Shown here: positions 1 through 10,825 of the stretch, one piece after another | Layout of the letters: each line of letters starts with the position of its first letter | Numbering within the stretch: the stretch's first letter is position 1 | Assembly: GCA_022711395.1 (NCBI GenBank) | Contig: JAKLFA010000001.1 | Coordinates: forward strand, 515,277 to 579,276 | Origin: Candidatus Omnitrophota bacterium | GTDB lineage: Bacteria > Omnitrophota > Gorgyraeia > Zapsychrales > JANLHA01 | Reading direction: 5' to 3' | Length of the DNA stretch: 64,000 nucleotides | The notes under the pieces: model-generated | Told to the model about the DNA's origin: nothing | Seen by the model: only the letters and a program-made list of their open reading frames with translations | Databases searched by the model: none | Position numbers and translations under genes: made by a program

Positions 1-1
1 G

Positions 2-763
2 GAAGGGGTTACTCAGCAAGTTGATGGTTTTACGCTGGAGGGTTTTTCGAAGACGGGCGAGAGGTCTTGGCAGGTGAACGGGGCCACCGCTGATGTTCAA
101 AATGATGTCATTCTTATTTCTGATGTGGACGCCAACGCCTACGGTGATAACACGGTCAATATTAAGGCCAAGACCGGAGAATATGACAAGACCAGCGGTA
201 ATGTTCGTCTGAAAGAGGATGTGGTGGTGACCATGGATAATGGCGGTCAACTGAAGACCGACACCCTGGACTGGGATAAACAGACGAACATGATCGTTAC
301 GGATGAGCATGCCGTGATCACAGATGATGGCCTGCTCGCCAAGGGCAAAGGGCTTAAAGCTTCGCCTGACCGAAAGGTGGCCCAGCTGAACGAAAATGTG
401 ACAGTTGAAGTGGAGACCGCTTCAACGGAAGGCCAGAAAGAAAAGATCTATATCAGCTGCGACGGACCGATGGAGATCGACCAGTTGAATAATGTCGCGG
501 TCCTGAAAGACAATGTGGTTGCGGTCCGCGGGGACCAGACCCTCAAGGCAGACCATGCGGAAGTGCACTTTGACCCCGAGACGAAAAAGATCGCAACGAT
601 CATTTGTACTGACAATGTTTCGGTGACCCGTGGAGGGAACACATCTTATTCAGATAAGGCGATCTACAGTGCAGCCGACCAGAAAGTGATCTTTGTGGGG
701 CGTCCCAAACTTATTTTGGAGGCTGATAACACGAAGGGCGATCCGGTATTGTTCGGGGATTGA
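2..763 (+). CDS. OstA-like LPS-transport periplasmic protein (LptC/LptA family), 5' partial (reading frame open to window start)
   Basis: Frame is open from position 2 with no upstream stop, so the gene starts before the window. Repetitive beta-strand OstA-like segments (e.g. VAVLKDNVVAVRGDQTLKADHAEVHFD, VIFVGRPKLILEADN). Lies directly upstream of lptB, as lptC/lptA do. Confidence 0.55.
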   Translation, partial: EGVTQQVDGFTLEGFSKTGERSWQVNGATADVQNDVILISDVDANAYGDNTVNIKAKTGEYDKTSGNVRLKEDVVVTMDNGGQLKTDTLDWDKQTNMIVTDEHAVITDDGLLAKGKGLKASPDRKVAQLNENVTVEVETASTEGQKEKIYISCDGPMEIDQLNNVAVLKDNVVAVRGDQTLKADHAEVHFDPETKKIATIICTDNVSVTRGGNTSYSDKAIYSAADQKVIFVGRPKLILEADNTKGDPVLFGD

Positions 764-860
764 TCTCCCGCATTTCCAGGATTTATTTTTTTAATTTTCT
801 TCAAAAATCATGGATTTATATTATAATTGTTCATCTTAAAAGGAGTTGCGGGAAAGCGAT

Positions 861-1589
861 ATGGGAGTCGGCCTTTTAGAAACGCATGGTTTGGTCAAGA
901 CTTACGGTGGCCGCACGGTCGTAGATGGCTTAAGTATTTCAGTGGGCCGCTCTGAGATCGTAGGGATCCTGGGGCCCAACGGGGCCGGTAAGACCACATC
1001 ATTTTATATGATCGTGGGGATCATCCCTTGTGATAATGGCAATATCTATTTTGACCAGGAAGATGTCACTCATCTTCCGATCCATAGCCGTTGCCGTTTG
1101 GGAATGGGGTATTTGGCTCAGGAATCATCGATCTTTCGCAGGCTCACGGTCGAGGAGAATATCATGGCGGTCCTGGAAACCCTGAATTTGGGGCCCCGTG
1201 AACGCAGGCGCCGTTTGAATTCTTTGCTGGAAGAGCTGAACATCGCTCATTTGGCGAAAAGCAAGGCTTACACTCTTTCCGGCGGCGAGCGCCGCAGGCT
1301 TGAGATCACACGGGCGCTGGTGACGAATCCGTCATTCCTGCTTTTGGATGAACCGTTTTCAGGAATTGACCCGATCGTCGTGGCTGAAGCGCAGGATATT
1401 ATCAAGACCTTAAAAGAACGGGGATTGGGGATCCTGTTGACGGACCACAATGTCCGTGAGACACTATCGATCACGGACCGGGCGTATTTGATCGCGGATG
1501 GCAAGGTCCTGATCTCCGGGACGGCGCAGGACCTGATCAATGACAGCAGGGCCAAAGAGATTTATTTAGGGGAAAAGTTCCAAATGTAA
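861..1589 (+). CDS. lptB: LPS export ABC transporter ATP-binding protein LptB
   Basis: Walker A GPNGAGKTT, ABC signature LSGGERRR, Walker B LLLDEPFSGID, about 243 aa. ATG 861 is preceded by AAGGAG. The ORF-track TTG at 846 is an in-frame alternative. Confidence 0.85.
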   Translation: MGVGLLETHGLVKTYGGRTVVDGLSISVGRSEIVGILGPNGAGKTTSFYMIVGIIPCDNGNIYFDQEDVTHLPIHSRCRLGMGYLAQESSIFRRLTVEENIMAVLETLNLGPRERRRRLNSLLEELNIAHLAKSKAYTLSGGERRRLEITRALVTNPSFLLLDEPFSGIDPIVVAEAQDIIKTLKERGLGILLTDHNVRETLSITDRAYLIADGKVLISGTAQDLINDSRAKEIYLGEKFQM

Positions 1590-1620
1590 TCATCAATTCG
1601 TAACTAGAGGACGTGACACA

Positions 1621-2520
1621 ATGAAATTAGCGGTAAAAAAAATCGACACATTAAAGAGGGAATTATCTTTTGAAGTTGCTAAAGAACGTGTTGCCAAGCA
1701 CCAGGAAGATATTTTTAAGGAAGTGGCAAAATCTGCCAAGATCCGTGGTTTCCGACCCGGCAAGGCCCCGCGCAACGTGATCGAAACGGAGTACGGAGCG
1801 CTTATTAAGGAAGAGACGATCAAAAAAGTCATTCCTGAAGTCTATCAGGAAGGGATCGAGCAGGAAAAGCTCGCTCCGTTAGATTACCCTCAGATCAGTG
1901 ATGTGGAATTCAAGGACGGACAGATCAATTTTAAGGCCGTCATTGAGATCAAGCCGGAAGTCAAGATCGCCAATTATAAAGGCATCGCGGTCGAGCGCAA
2001 AAGTTCCAAGGTGACCGATGAGGACATCAATAAAACCCTGGAGTATTTTAAAAAAGGGCAGGGCAAAGACGATAAACAGGAATTGGATGACGCTTTTGTG
2101 AAAGGCCTCGGATATCCGAGCCTTGAGGCGTTCAAAGAGTCTTTGGCCCGTCAGATGGAGATCGATAAGGACCGTCAGAACCGTTTGGACGTGGAAAAGC
2201 AGATCACGGACCACCTGATCAAGGCCGCAAAGCTCACCGCCCCGCAGTCATTGGTCCAGAAACAGATGGATCATAGGGTGAACGAATTGAAAGAGCGCCT
2301 GAAATCCCAGGGTTTGGCTGAAGAGGAGATCCAGAAACGAGAGCAGCAGATCACCAAAGATCTGAAGGATGCGGTCGAGCGAGACGTGAAATTGTATTTG
2401 ATCTTTGATAAGATCGCTGAGCTTGAAGGCATGGAATTCAAAGAAGGCGAGAGCCTGCCTGTTAAGGTCATGGAATTCTTGATGAAGGAAGCAGAGTGGA
2501 AGGAAGGTAAGGGGAAGTAA
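1621..2520 (+). CDS. tig: Trigger factor, short form lacking the FKBP/PPIase domain
   Basis: N-terminal ribosome-binding signature GFRPGKAPRNVIE and a TF C-terminal helical arm. Only 299 aa against about 430 for canonical TF. Lies upstream of clpP, as in the conserved tig-clpP arrangement. Confidence 0.8.
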   Translation: MKLAVKKIDTLKRELSFEVAKERVAKHQEDIFKEVAKSAKIRGFRPGKAPRNVIETEYGALIKEETIKKVIPEVYQEGIEQEKLAPLDYPQISDVEFKDGQINFKAVIEIKPEVKIANYKGIAVERKSSKVTDEDINKTLEYFKKGQGKDDKQELDDAFVKGLGYPSLEAFKESLARQMEIDKDRQNRLDVEKQITDHLIKAAKLTAPQSLVQKQMDHRVNELKERLKSQGLAEEEIQKREQQITKDLKDAVERDVKLYLIFDKIAELEGMEFKEGESLPVKVMEFLMKEAEWKEGKGK

Positions 2521-2574
2521 GTCGTCGGTGTTGTTTTAGCATTCGTTGCGATATTTTAAACTAAGGAGGAACGT

Positions 2575-3177
2575 ATGGATCCGGTGGCGCAAACATTGGT
2601 CCCGATGGTGGTGGAGAAGAGTGGTCATGGCGAGCGGGCGTATGACATTTTTTCCCGTTTGCTCAAGGACCGCATCGTGTTTATTGGCACGGCCATCGAT
2701 GATACGGTTGCCAATTTGATCATCGCTCAATTGCTGTTCTTGCAGAGCGAGGATGCGACCAAAGATATCCATGTCTATATCAATTCGCCGGGTGGATCAG
2801 TGACAGCCGGTCTGGCGATCTACGATACGATGCAGTTTATTAAGCCCGCTGTCTGCACATATTGCATCGGTCAGGCTTCGAGCATGGGAGCTGTTTTGCT
2901 GGCGGCCGGTTCGAGGGGAAAGCGTTTTTCCTTGCCATATTCCCGGATCATGATTCATCAGCCTTGGGGAGGGACTCAAGGGACGGCAAGCGATATTTCG
3001 ATCCAGGCAAAAGAGATTTTGCGAATGAAGGATACTTTGATCGGAATTTTGGCGCAACACACGAAGCAGTCTTTTGAAAAGGTCACGCAGGACTCCGATC
3101 GAGATTATTTCATGTCCGCCGAAGAGGCCAAAAATTATGGTCTGGTGGATGAGGTGATCCGGTCTACGAAAATGTGA
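2575..3177 (+). CDS. clpP: ATP-dependent Clp protease proteolytic subunit ClpP
   Basis: Ser-His-Asp triad context ([19 protein letters not shown]). AAGGAGG RBS upstream. 200 aa. Confidence 0.95.
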   Translation: MDPVAQTLVPMVVEKSGHGERAYDIFSRLLKDRIVFIGTAIDDTVANLIIAQLLFLQSEDATKDIHVYINSPGGSVTAGLAIYDTMQFIKPAVCTYCIGQASSMGAVLLAAGSRGKRFSLPYSRIMIHQPWGGTQGTASDISIQAKEILRMKDTLIGILAQHTKQSFEKVTQDSDRDYFMSAEEAKNYGLVDEVIRSTKM

Positions 3178-3206
3178 TTTTGGAATTTTAATAGAAAGGC
3201 TTAGTT

Positions 3207-4352
3207 ATGAAAAGGAATCTTCTTCTTACTCCGGGGCCCACGCATGTGCCTCCCCAATTATGCGCCGTTTTAGGCAAGCCGATCATCCATCACCGCACGC
3301 CGCAGTTCCAGGCGTACTTGAAAGAGGCGATGGAGGGCTTGCAGTTCATTCTTCAGACCAAGGCAGAGGTCTATCTGATGGCCGCATCCGGTACGGGGGC
3401 CATGGAGGCGAGCGTCAGCAGCCTTCTTTCAGAGGGGGATCATGTTATCACGGTCGAAAGCGGAAAATTCGGTGAGCGATGGACGAATCTTTGCAAGGCT
3501 TTTAAGGCGGTTCCGACCGTCATTTCGATCGAATGGGGAAAAACAGTCACGGCCGCGGACGTTGAAAAAGCGCTTAAGGCCGATCCGTCGATCAAGGCGG
3601 TTTATGTCACACTCTGCGAGACGTCGACCGGTTCTGCGCCGGACCTTAAGTCTATTGGGGCTGTCGTTAAGAAAAGCAACGCGGTTTTAGTGGTGGATGC
3701 GGTCAGCGGACTGGCCGTTGTTGATCTGAAAATGGATGAGTGGGGCATTGATGTGGTCGCTTCAGGTTCCCACAAAGGGTTCATGCTGCCTCCGGGGTTA
3801 GCGTTTGTGGCGGTCAGTGAAAAGGCGAAGAAGCTTATGGAAACCTCGACAGCGCCGAAATTTTATTTTGACCTGCGCAAGTATGCGAAGGTCGCAAGCA
3901 AACCGGACACTCCTTTTACTCCGGCGATCGGTATTGTCATCGCTTTGACCGAAAGCATCCGGATGATCAAGGAAGTCGGTCTAGAAAAGCTGTTCGCTCA
4001 CTTTACCCGTTTAGCGAATGGGGTGAGGGCGGGCGCCAAAGGCCTGGGCCTTGAGCTCTATACCCATGAATCGGCTCTGTCGAATGTTCTGACCGCGATC
4101 AAAGTCCCGGATGGCATCGATGGAGGAAAGATCGTCAAGATCATGCGCGACACGTATGGTATTTCCGTGGCCGGCGGTCAGGGTGATGTGAAGGGCAAGA
4201 TCATCCGCATCGCTCATATGGGGGCATTGGATGAGTATGATATTCTTACGGGATTGTCATGCCTTGAAAAGGTCTTGAAGGAATTGGGGTATAAATTCGA
4301 GCTTGGTTCCGGCGTGGCTGCGGCACAGAAATATTTCAATCAAACTGCGTAA
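3207..4352 (+). CDS. Class V (AGXT-family) aminotransferase, likely phosphoserine/serine-pyruvate aminotransferase
   Basis: PLP fold-type I class V features; SGSHKGFMLPPGLAFV carries the Lys of the PLP-binding motif. 381 aa, directly upstream of serA. Confidence 0.8.
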   Translation: MKRNLLLTPGPTHVPPQLCAVLGKPIIHHRTPQFQAYLKEAMEGLQFILQTKAEVYLMAASGTGAMEASVSSLLSEGDHVITVESGKFGERWTNLCKAFKAVPTVISIEWGKTVTAADVEKALKADPSIKAVYVTLCETSTGSAPDLKSIGAVVKKSNAVLVVDAVSGLAVVDLKMDEWGIDVVASGSHKGFMLPPGLAFVAVSEKAKKLMETSTAPKFYFDLRKYAKVASKPDTPFTPAIGIVIALTESIRMIKEVGLEKLFAHFTRLANGVRAGAKGLGLELYTHESALSNVLTAIKVPDGIDGGKIVKIMRDTYGISVAGGQGDVKGKIIRIAHMGALDEYDILTGLSCLEKVLKELGYKFELGSGVAAAQKYFNQTA

Positions 4353-4368
4353 ACAACAGGACAGGGAC

Positions 4369-5952
4369 ATGAAAATATTGATCACGGATAAAATGGCCCA
4401 GGAAGGTGTTGATATTCTCAAGGCGGTCAAGGGCTTTGAAGTCGATTGCAAGTTCGGGATCGAGGTGGAAGAGCTGAAAAAGATCATCAAGGATTATGAC
4501 GCCTTGATCATCCGCAGCGGCACTCAGGTCACGTCGGAGATCGTTGAGGTGGCTGATCGCCTCAAGTATATCGGCAGGGCCGGTGTCGGCTTGGATAATG
4601 TGGATCTTAAGGCCGCTACTAAAAAGGGAATTGTCGCAATGAACACGCCGGCCGGCAATACAACCTCGACGGCCGAACAGACGATGAGTCTGATCCTGTC
4701 CCTTTCCCGCAGTATCCCGCAGGCTGTGGCATCCACCAAGGCCGGCCAGTGGGAGCGATCAAAATTCAAGGGGGTCGAGCTTTACGGAAAGACCTTAGGG
4801 GTTATCGGGCTGGGCCGTATCGGTTCGACGGTTGCCAACATGGCCAGGGGCTTTGGCATGAAGATCATCGGCTATGATCCGTTCTTGTCTTTGGAAGTTG
4901 CTCAGCAGCGCGGCATTGAAATGGTTGATTTGGAGACGCTGTATAAGTCTTCAGATTATATTACGATCCATGTCCCGAAAACTCCGGAGACAAAGGGAAT
5001 GATCGGCGAGAAGCAGATCGCCATGATGAAGAAGAGTGTTCGTTTAATCAATTGTGCCCGCGGAGGGATCATTGATGAGAAGGCCCTTGTGAAGGCCCTG
5101 CAAGAAAAGCGCATCGCCGGTTGCGCGCTGGACGTTTATGAACAGGAGCCGCCGGATCCGAAACATCCATTGTTCAGTTTTGATAATTGCGTAACCACGC
5201 CGCACTTGGGGGCATCGACGGATGAAGCGCAGATCAATGTTGCCATTGAAATAGCTGAGACCGTTCGGAACGCTCTGTTGGGTAAGGGGATCATCAACGC
5301 TGCGAATTTTCCTTCCGTCAGCGCTGAGGCTTTTGCGGTGCTTGAACCTTATATTAATTTAGCGGAGAAGATGGGGATCTTTGCTGGTCAGCTGATCTCC
5401 GGTCATGTGAGCGGGATCAAGATCTCTTATTGCGGAGAGATGACCAAGCACAAGATCGAACCGGTCACGATGTCATTGGTTTACGGGATCCTTAAACCGA
5501 TCATGGGGGAGACCATCAATGCGATCAACGCTTTGGCGGTCGCTAAAGAGAGAGGGATCAGCATTGAGGCGGTTCAATCCCAAAAGGAAGAAGAATTCGT
5601 CAATTTGATCAGTGTCGAGATCGCTACGGATCAGGAGCCGCTGACGGTTTGGGGGACGCTGTCCAGTAACAAACAGCCGAGGATCGTTCGCGTCAATAAA
5701 GTCTATGTGGAGGCGCGGCCGGAGGGCTTCCTGGTCTTTATCAAGAACAATGACGTTCCCGGCGTCGTAGGCACCGTCGGAACGGTGTTGGCGGAAGACC
5801 GTGTGAATATCGCGGGGATCACCTTCGGGCGGGAAGTGCCCGGCGGGCTTGCGGTTTCCGTTGTTAACGTCGATACGGAAGTCTCGCACACGACGATCGA
5901 AAAGATCCAAAAAGCCAAGGATGTCTTGTTCGTTAAGCTTCTAAAAGTTTAG
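4369..5952 (+). CDS. serA: D-3-phosphoglycerate dehydrogenase SerA (with C-terminal ACT domain)
   Basis: D-isomer 2-hydroxyacid dehydrogenase motifs (GVIGLGRIGSTVA, catalytic RGG...D, HLGASTDEAQ) and a C-terminal ACT-like region. ATG 4369 chosen; the ORF-track start 4303 is an upstream in-frame extension overlapping the previous gene. Confidence 0.9.
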   Translation: MKILITDKMAQEGVDILKAVKGFEVDCKFGIEVEELKKIIKDYDALIIRSGTQVTSEIVEVADRLKYIGRAGVGLDNVDLKAATKKGIVAMNTPAGNTTSTAEQTMSLILSLSRSIPQAVASTKAGQWERSKFKGVELYGKTLGVIGLGRIGSTVANMARGFGMKIIGYDPFLSLEVAQQRGIEMVDLETLYKSSDYITIHVPKTPETKGMIGEKQIAMMKKSVRLINCARGGIIDEKALVKALQEKRIAGCALDVYEQEPPDPKHPLFSFDNCVTTPHLGASTDEAQINVAIEIAETVRNALLGKGIINAANFPSVSAEAFAVLEPYINLAEKMGIFAGQLISGHVSGIKISYCGEMTKHKIEPVTMSLVYGILKPIMGETINAINALAVAKERGISIEAVQSQKEEEFVNLISVEIATDQEPLTVWGTLSSNKQPRIVRVNKVYVEARPEGFLVFIKNNDVPGVVGTVGTVLAEDRVNIAGITFGREVPGGLAVSVVNVDTEVSHTTIEKIQKAKDVLFVKLLKV

Positions 5953-5986
5953 CATTTTTAACCTGGAAGATTGGGGTTTTTGATAC

Positions 5987-8025
<2,039 letters not shown>

Positions 8026-8064
8026 ATATTCTATATCTTTTATTTTTAATATGTTAGAATGGGC

Positions 8065-8093
8065 TTGACTTTAAATGGAGCCTTTGTTAAGAT
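8065..8093 (+). promoter_or_regulatory. Putative sigma70-type promoter (TTGACT-17nt-TAAGAT) for the OmpA-like gene
   Basis: Hexamers with 17-nt spacing in an AT-rich spacer 30-60 nt upstream of the 8122 start. Confidence 0.35.
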
Positions 8094-8121
8094 TGAAAAA
8101 ACTAAAACTAAGGAGGATGTG

Positions 8122-8784
8122 ATGCGCAAGGCAACATCACTATTTTCTGTCTGTGCACTTTTAATGGTTGTGGTCTTTATGACCAGCGGTTGTACGCTTG
8201 TTTTTCAGAAAGGCCGCCGCAAGGACATTGAGCGGATTTCTGAATTGCAGAGCCAGAATGCGCAGCTGCAGACAGAATTGAGTGAGCTCGAACGTGCTCG
8301 TCGTGAGCTTGAGGACCGATTGAAAGGTGAGATCGACGATAAGAACGTTAAGGTCCAGATGATGGAGCGTGGGCTCGTGATCACGTTCGTGGCGGAAGTC
8401 TTGTTCGATTCTGGAAAAGCGGTCTTGCGCGAACAGGCCTTATCAACTTTGGATAAAGTCGCCCGTGTTTTGAATACGACTGTCAAGGATTTGAATATCG
8501 GGATCGAAGGGCATACCGATAATATTCCGATCAAGTATTCCGGATGGAAATCCAATTGGGAGCTTTCTGCGGCCCGCGCCATGAGCGTTTTGCATTATCT
8601 GGCGGATGAATACGGGGTAGCCCCAGAGCGTTTGTCGGCGACCGGATATGGTGAATATCGTCCTGTTGCATCGAATGAGGCAAAGGAAGGGCGTCAGCAG
8701 AATCGCCGTGTCGAGATCGTTATTCTGCCTCGCACAGAAAAACAAAATGCTGTTTCAGAGGATGTATCTGAAAATCTTAAATAA
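8122..8784 (+). CDS. OmpA/MotB-family peptidoglycan-binding lipoprotein with a coiled-coil segment
   Basis: Signal peptide ending in a lipobox-like MTSGC. Heptad-rich coiled coil (ELQSQNAQLQTELSELERARRELEDRLK). C-terminal OmpA_C signature (NRRVEIVI, SAARA). AGGAGG RBS 5 nt upstream of ATG 8122. Confidence 0.8.
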   Translation: MRKATSLFSVCALLMVVVFMTSGCTLVFQKGRRKDIERISELQSQNAQLQTELSELERARRELEDRLKGEIDDKNVKVQMMERGLVITFVAEVLFDSGKAVLREQALSTLDKVARVLNTTVKDLNIGIEGHTDNIPIKYSGWKSNWELSAARAMSVLHYLADEYGVAPERLSATGYGEYRPVASNEAKEGRQQNRRVEIVILPRTEKQNAVSEDVSENLK

Positions 8785-8811
8785 AGGCAGGCTTGAATCA
8801 TGGAGGCTCGA

Positions 8812-9174
8812 ATGAAAAACAAGACATTACCAGTAGCAGTATTCGTTGCGATTCTTGGTTGTGTTCTCGCGGTGAGCGCCAATGTGACAACGTCAAAGCT
8901 CAAGAATTTATATGACACTGAGCAGTATAAGCGATTGACCGCAGAACAGGAACTTCAGAAAGCTCAGGGTTATATCGCTCAGCTTCATGCAGACCTGAAA
9001 GCGTCCAAGGATAAATTGGGGAGCATTGAAAGTATCCTTACCGAAGGCAAGAGCATGACGAAGGACATGTCCTCTCAGATCGAGCAGTTGCAACAAGAAC
9101 GGGATACCTTGAAGGTCAAGGTTGATGAATTGATCAAAGCTCAGGCAGCTCAACCGGCAGCGTCAGGAAATTAG
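8812..9174 (+). CDS. Small secreted coiled-coil protein
   Basis: 120 aa with an N-terminal signal peptide (LPVAVFVAILGCVLAVSA), then a Q/L/K-rich coiled coil. GGAGG RBS before ATG 8812. Ends at a strong terminator. Confidence 0.5.
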   Translation: MKNKTLPVAVFVAILGCVLAVSANVTTSKLKNLYDTEQYKRLTAEQELQKAQGYIAQLHADLKASKDKLGSIESILTEGKSMTKDMSSQIEQLQQERDTLKVKVDELIKAQAAQPAASGN

Positions 9175-9224
9175 ATGTTTTTTTGACCGCCACCAGGATG
9201 CCTAGTTTTGTGATTTTTGGCGCG

Positions 9225-9252
9225 GGGGGATGAATAATCCCCCTCTTTTTTT
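9225..9252 (+). terminator. Rho-independent terminator
   Basis: GGGGGA-tgaataa-TCCCCC hairpin followed by TCTTTTTTT. Confidence 0.7.
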
Positions 9253-9269
9253 AATTACGATTGAGAACG

Positions 9270-9986
9270 ATGGATACGCAAAAAATACCGCAGCATGTTG
9301 CTATTATCATGGATGGCAATGGCCGTTGGGCCGAACGGCGAAAGATGCCCCGCACTCAGGGACACCTTGAAGGTGTTAAGAGAGTGGCGGAGATCGTGGA
9401 TGTCGCTGTGGAACTGGGGATCAAGGTTCTGACGCTTTACACGTTTTCTCAGGAGAATTGGAAGAGACCTGAGGCTGAAGTTTCGATGCTTATGCAAACG
9501 ATCTGTAAAGCGCTGGATCTGAAATCCGGGGAGTTAATGCGGTTAAATATTCAGCTTCGGTTTATCGGTCGCCGGGAGGGTGTTCCGGCTCACGTCTTGA
9601 AGCAGTTTGAACGGACGGCGAAGTTGACTTCAAAAAACACTGGGTTGATCCTGAACCTGGCGTTTAATTATAGTTCGCGAACCGAGATCTTGGATGGGGT
9701 CCGTAAAGTGGTTGAAGATGTTAAAGCGGGCGCCTTCGATCTTGAAGACCTTGATGAGGAATCTTTTAGCCGTTCATTGTATACGAAAGGATTGCCTGAT
9801 CCGGACCTTCTGATCCGGACTTCAGGGGAACAGAGGATCAGCAATTTCCTGCTTTGGCAGTTGTCTTACGCGGAGTTTTATTTTGCCGAATCTTGCTGGC
9901 CTGATTTTACAGGAGAGGAATTCCGGAAAGCTATAGCGGAGTATCAACATCGTGAACGCCGTTTTGGCGATGTGGCAGGTGTTTAG
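9270..9986 (+). CDS. uppS: Undecaprenyl pyrophosphate synthase UppS
   Basis: HVAIIMDGNGRWA, and LTLYTFSQENWKRP matches the cis-prenyltransferase signature. Confidence 0.9.
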   Translation: MDTQKIPQHVAIIMDGNGRWAERRKMPRTQGHLEGVKRVAEIVDVAVELGIKVLTLYTFSQENWKRPEAEVSMLMQTICKALDLKSGELMRLNIQLRFIGRREGVPAHVLKQFERTAKLTSKNTGLILNLAFNYSSRTEILDGVRKVVEDVKAGAFDLEDLDEESFSRSLYTKGLPDPDLLIRTSGEQRISNFLLWQLSYAEFYFAESCWPDFTGEEFRKAIAEYQHRERRFGDVAGV

Positions 9987-10004
9987 TGAAAGCCGGAGGA
10001 AAAG

Positions 10005-10823
10005 ATGTCTAGAGATCGCTTTTTAAGTTCTGTTGTGAGCATCGCGATTATTCTGGCCGGGATCTTTTTTGATTGGGTCTTTATGGTGGTGATCATCGGC
10101 CTTACGATCGGAGGCCTCTATGAGTTCTTTTACATGATCAAGAAAAAAGGGATCCCGATCTACAGCTACATCGGTATTTTCATAGGGGTTATGATCCCGC
10201 TTACGATCTATCATCAGTTTGAGCTGACCAAGAATTGGGAGCTGCTCTTTATCATTCTGATGTTTTTGATGGTCCTGCTTCTTCAGTTCGCGCGTAAGGA
10301 AAACACCAACGCGATCGTGGGGATTTCCACGACCATGTTCGGGGTGTTTTATGTTTCGTGGTTATTCAGTTTCTTGGTGAAGATCCGTTTCCTTTTGCCC
10401 GGAACGGATGGTATCAAGCTCTTGGGTTTTATCTTGATCGTCACCAAGTCAGGAGATATCGGGGCGTTATTGATCGGGAGCTGGCTTGGAAAACATCCGC
10501 TATTGCCTCGGGTCAGCCCGAACAAATCAGTGGAGGGCGCTGTTGGAAGCGCGGTCTTCAGTATGGTTGCTGCGATGTCCTGTTTTCCTTTCTTGCCCTC
10601 GGGAGCTGAATTCCCGCTGTGGCAGGTCGCCATGATGGGACTTTTTTTTGGGGCGATGGGCCAGTTGGGAGACCTTTCCGAATCTCTGATCAAACGCGAT
10701 TGCAATATTAAAGATTCAGGGAAGTTCCTTCCTGGCATGGGAGGAGTTCTAGATATTATTGATAGTTTATTGTTCGCGGCGCCGGCGTTCTATTTATATA
10801 TGTCGTCTGTTCTCAGAGGCTAG
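10005..10823 (+). CDS. cdsA: Phosphatidate cytidylyltransferase CdsA
   Basis: Multi-TM protein with the CTP-transferase signature region (SPNKSVEGAVGS...GDLSESLIKRDCNIKDSG). Confidence 0.85.
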   Translation: MSRDRFLSSVVSIAIILAGIFFDWVFMVVIIGLTIGGLYEFFYMIKKKGIPIYSYIGIFIGVMIPLTIYHQFELTKNWELLFIILMFLMVLLLQFARKENTNAIVGISTTMFGVFYVSWLFSFLVKIRFLLPGTDGIKLLGFILIVTKSGDIGALLIGSWLGKHPLLPRVSPNKSVEGAVGSAVFSMVAAMSCFPFLPSGAEFPLWQVAMMGLFFGAMGQLGDLSESLIKRDCNIKDSGKFLPGMGGVLDIIDSLLFAAPAFYLYMSSVLRG

Positions 10824-10825
10824 AT

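Noticed and set aside
4303-4368. ORF-track N-terminal extensions (serA 4303, queA 23003, trpC 42077, rho 35763, argS 52711, yraN 27035, rnhB 26464).
   Set aside because: The extensions overlap upstream genes or terminators and lack RBSs. Downstream ATG/GTG codons with good RBS spacing give proteins of canonical length and N-termini.
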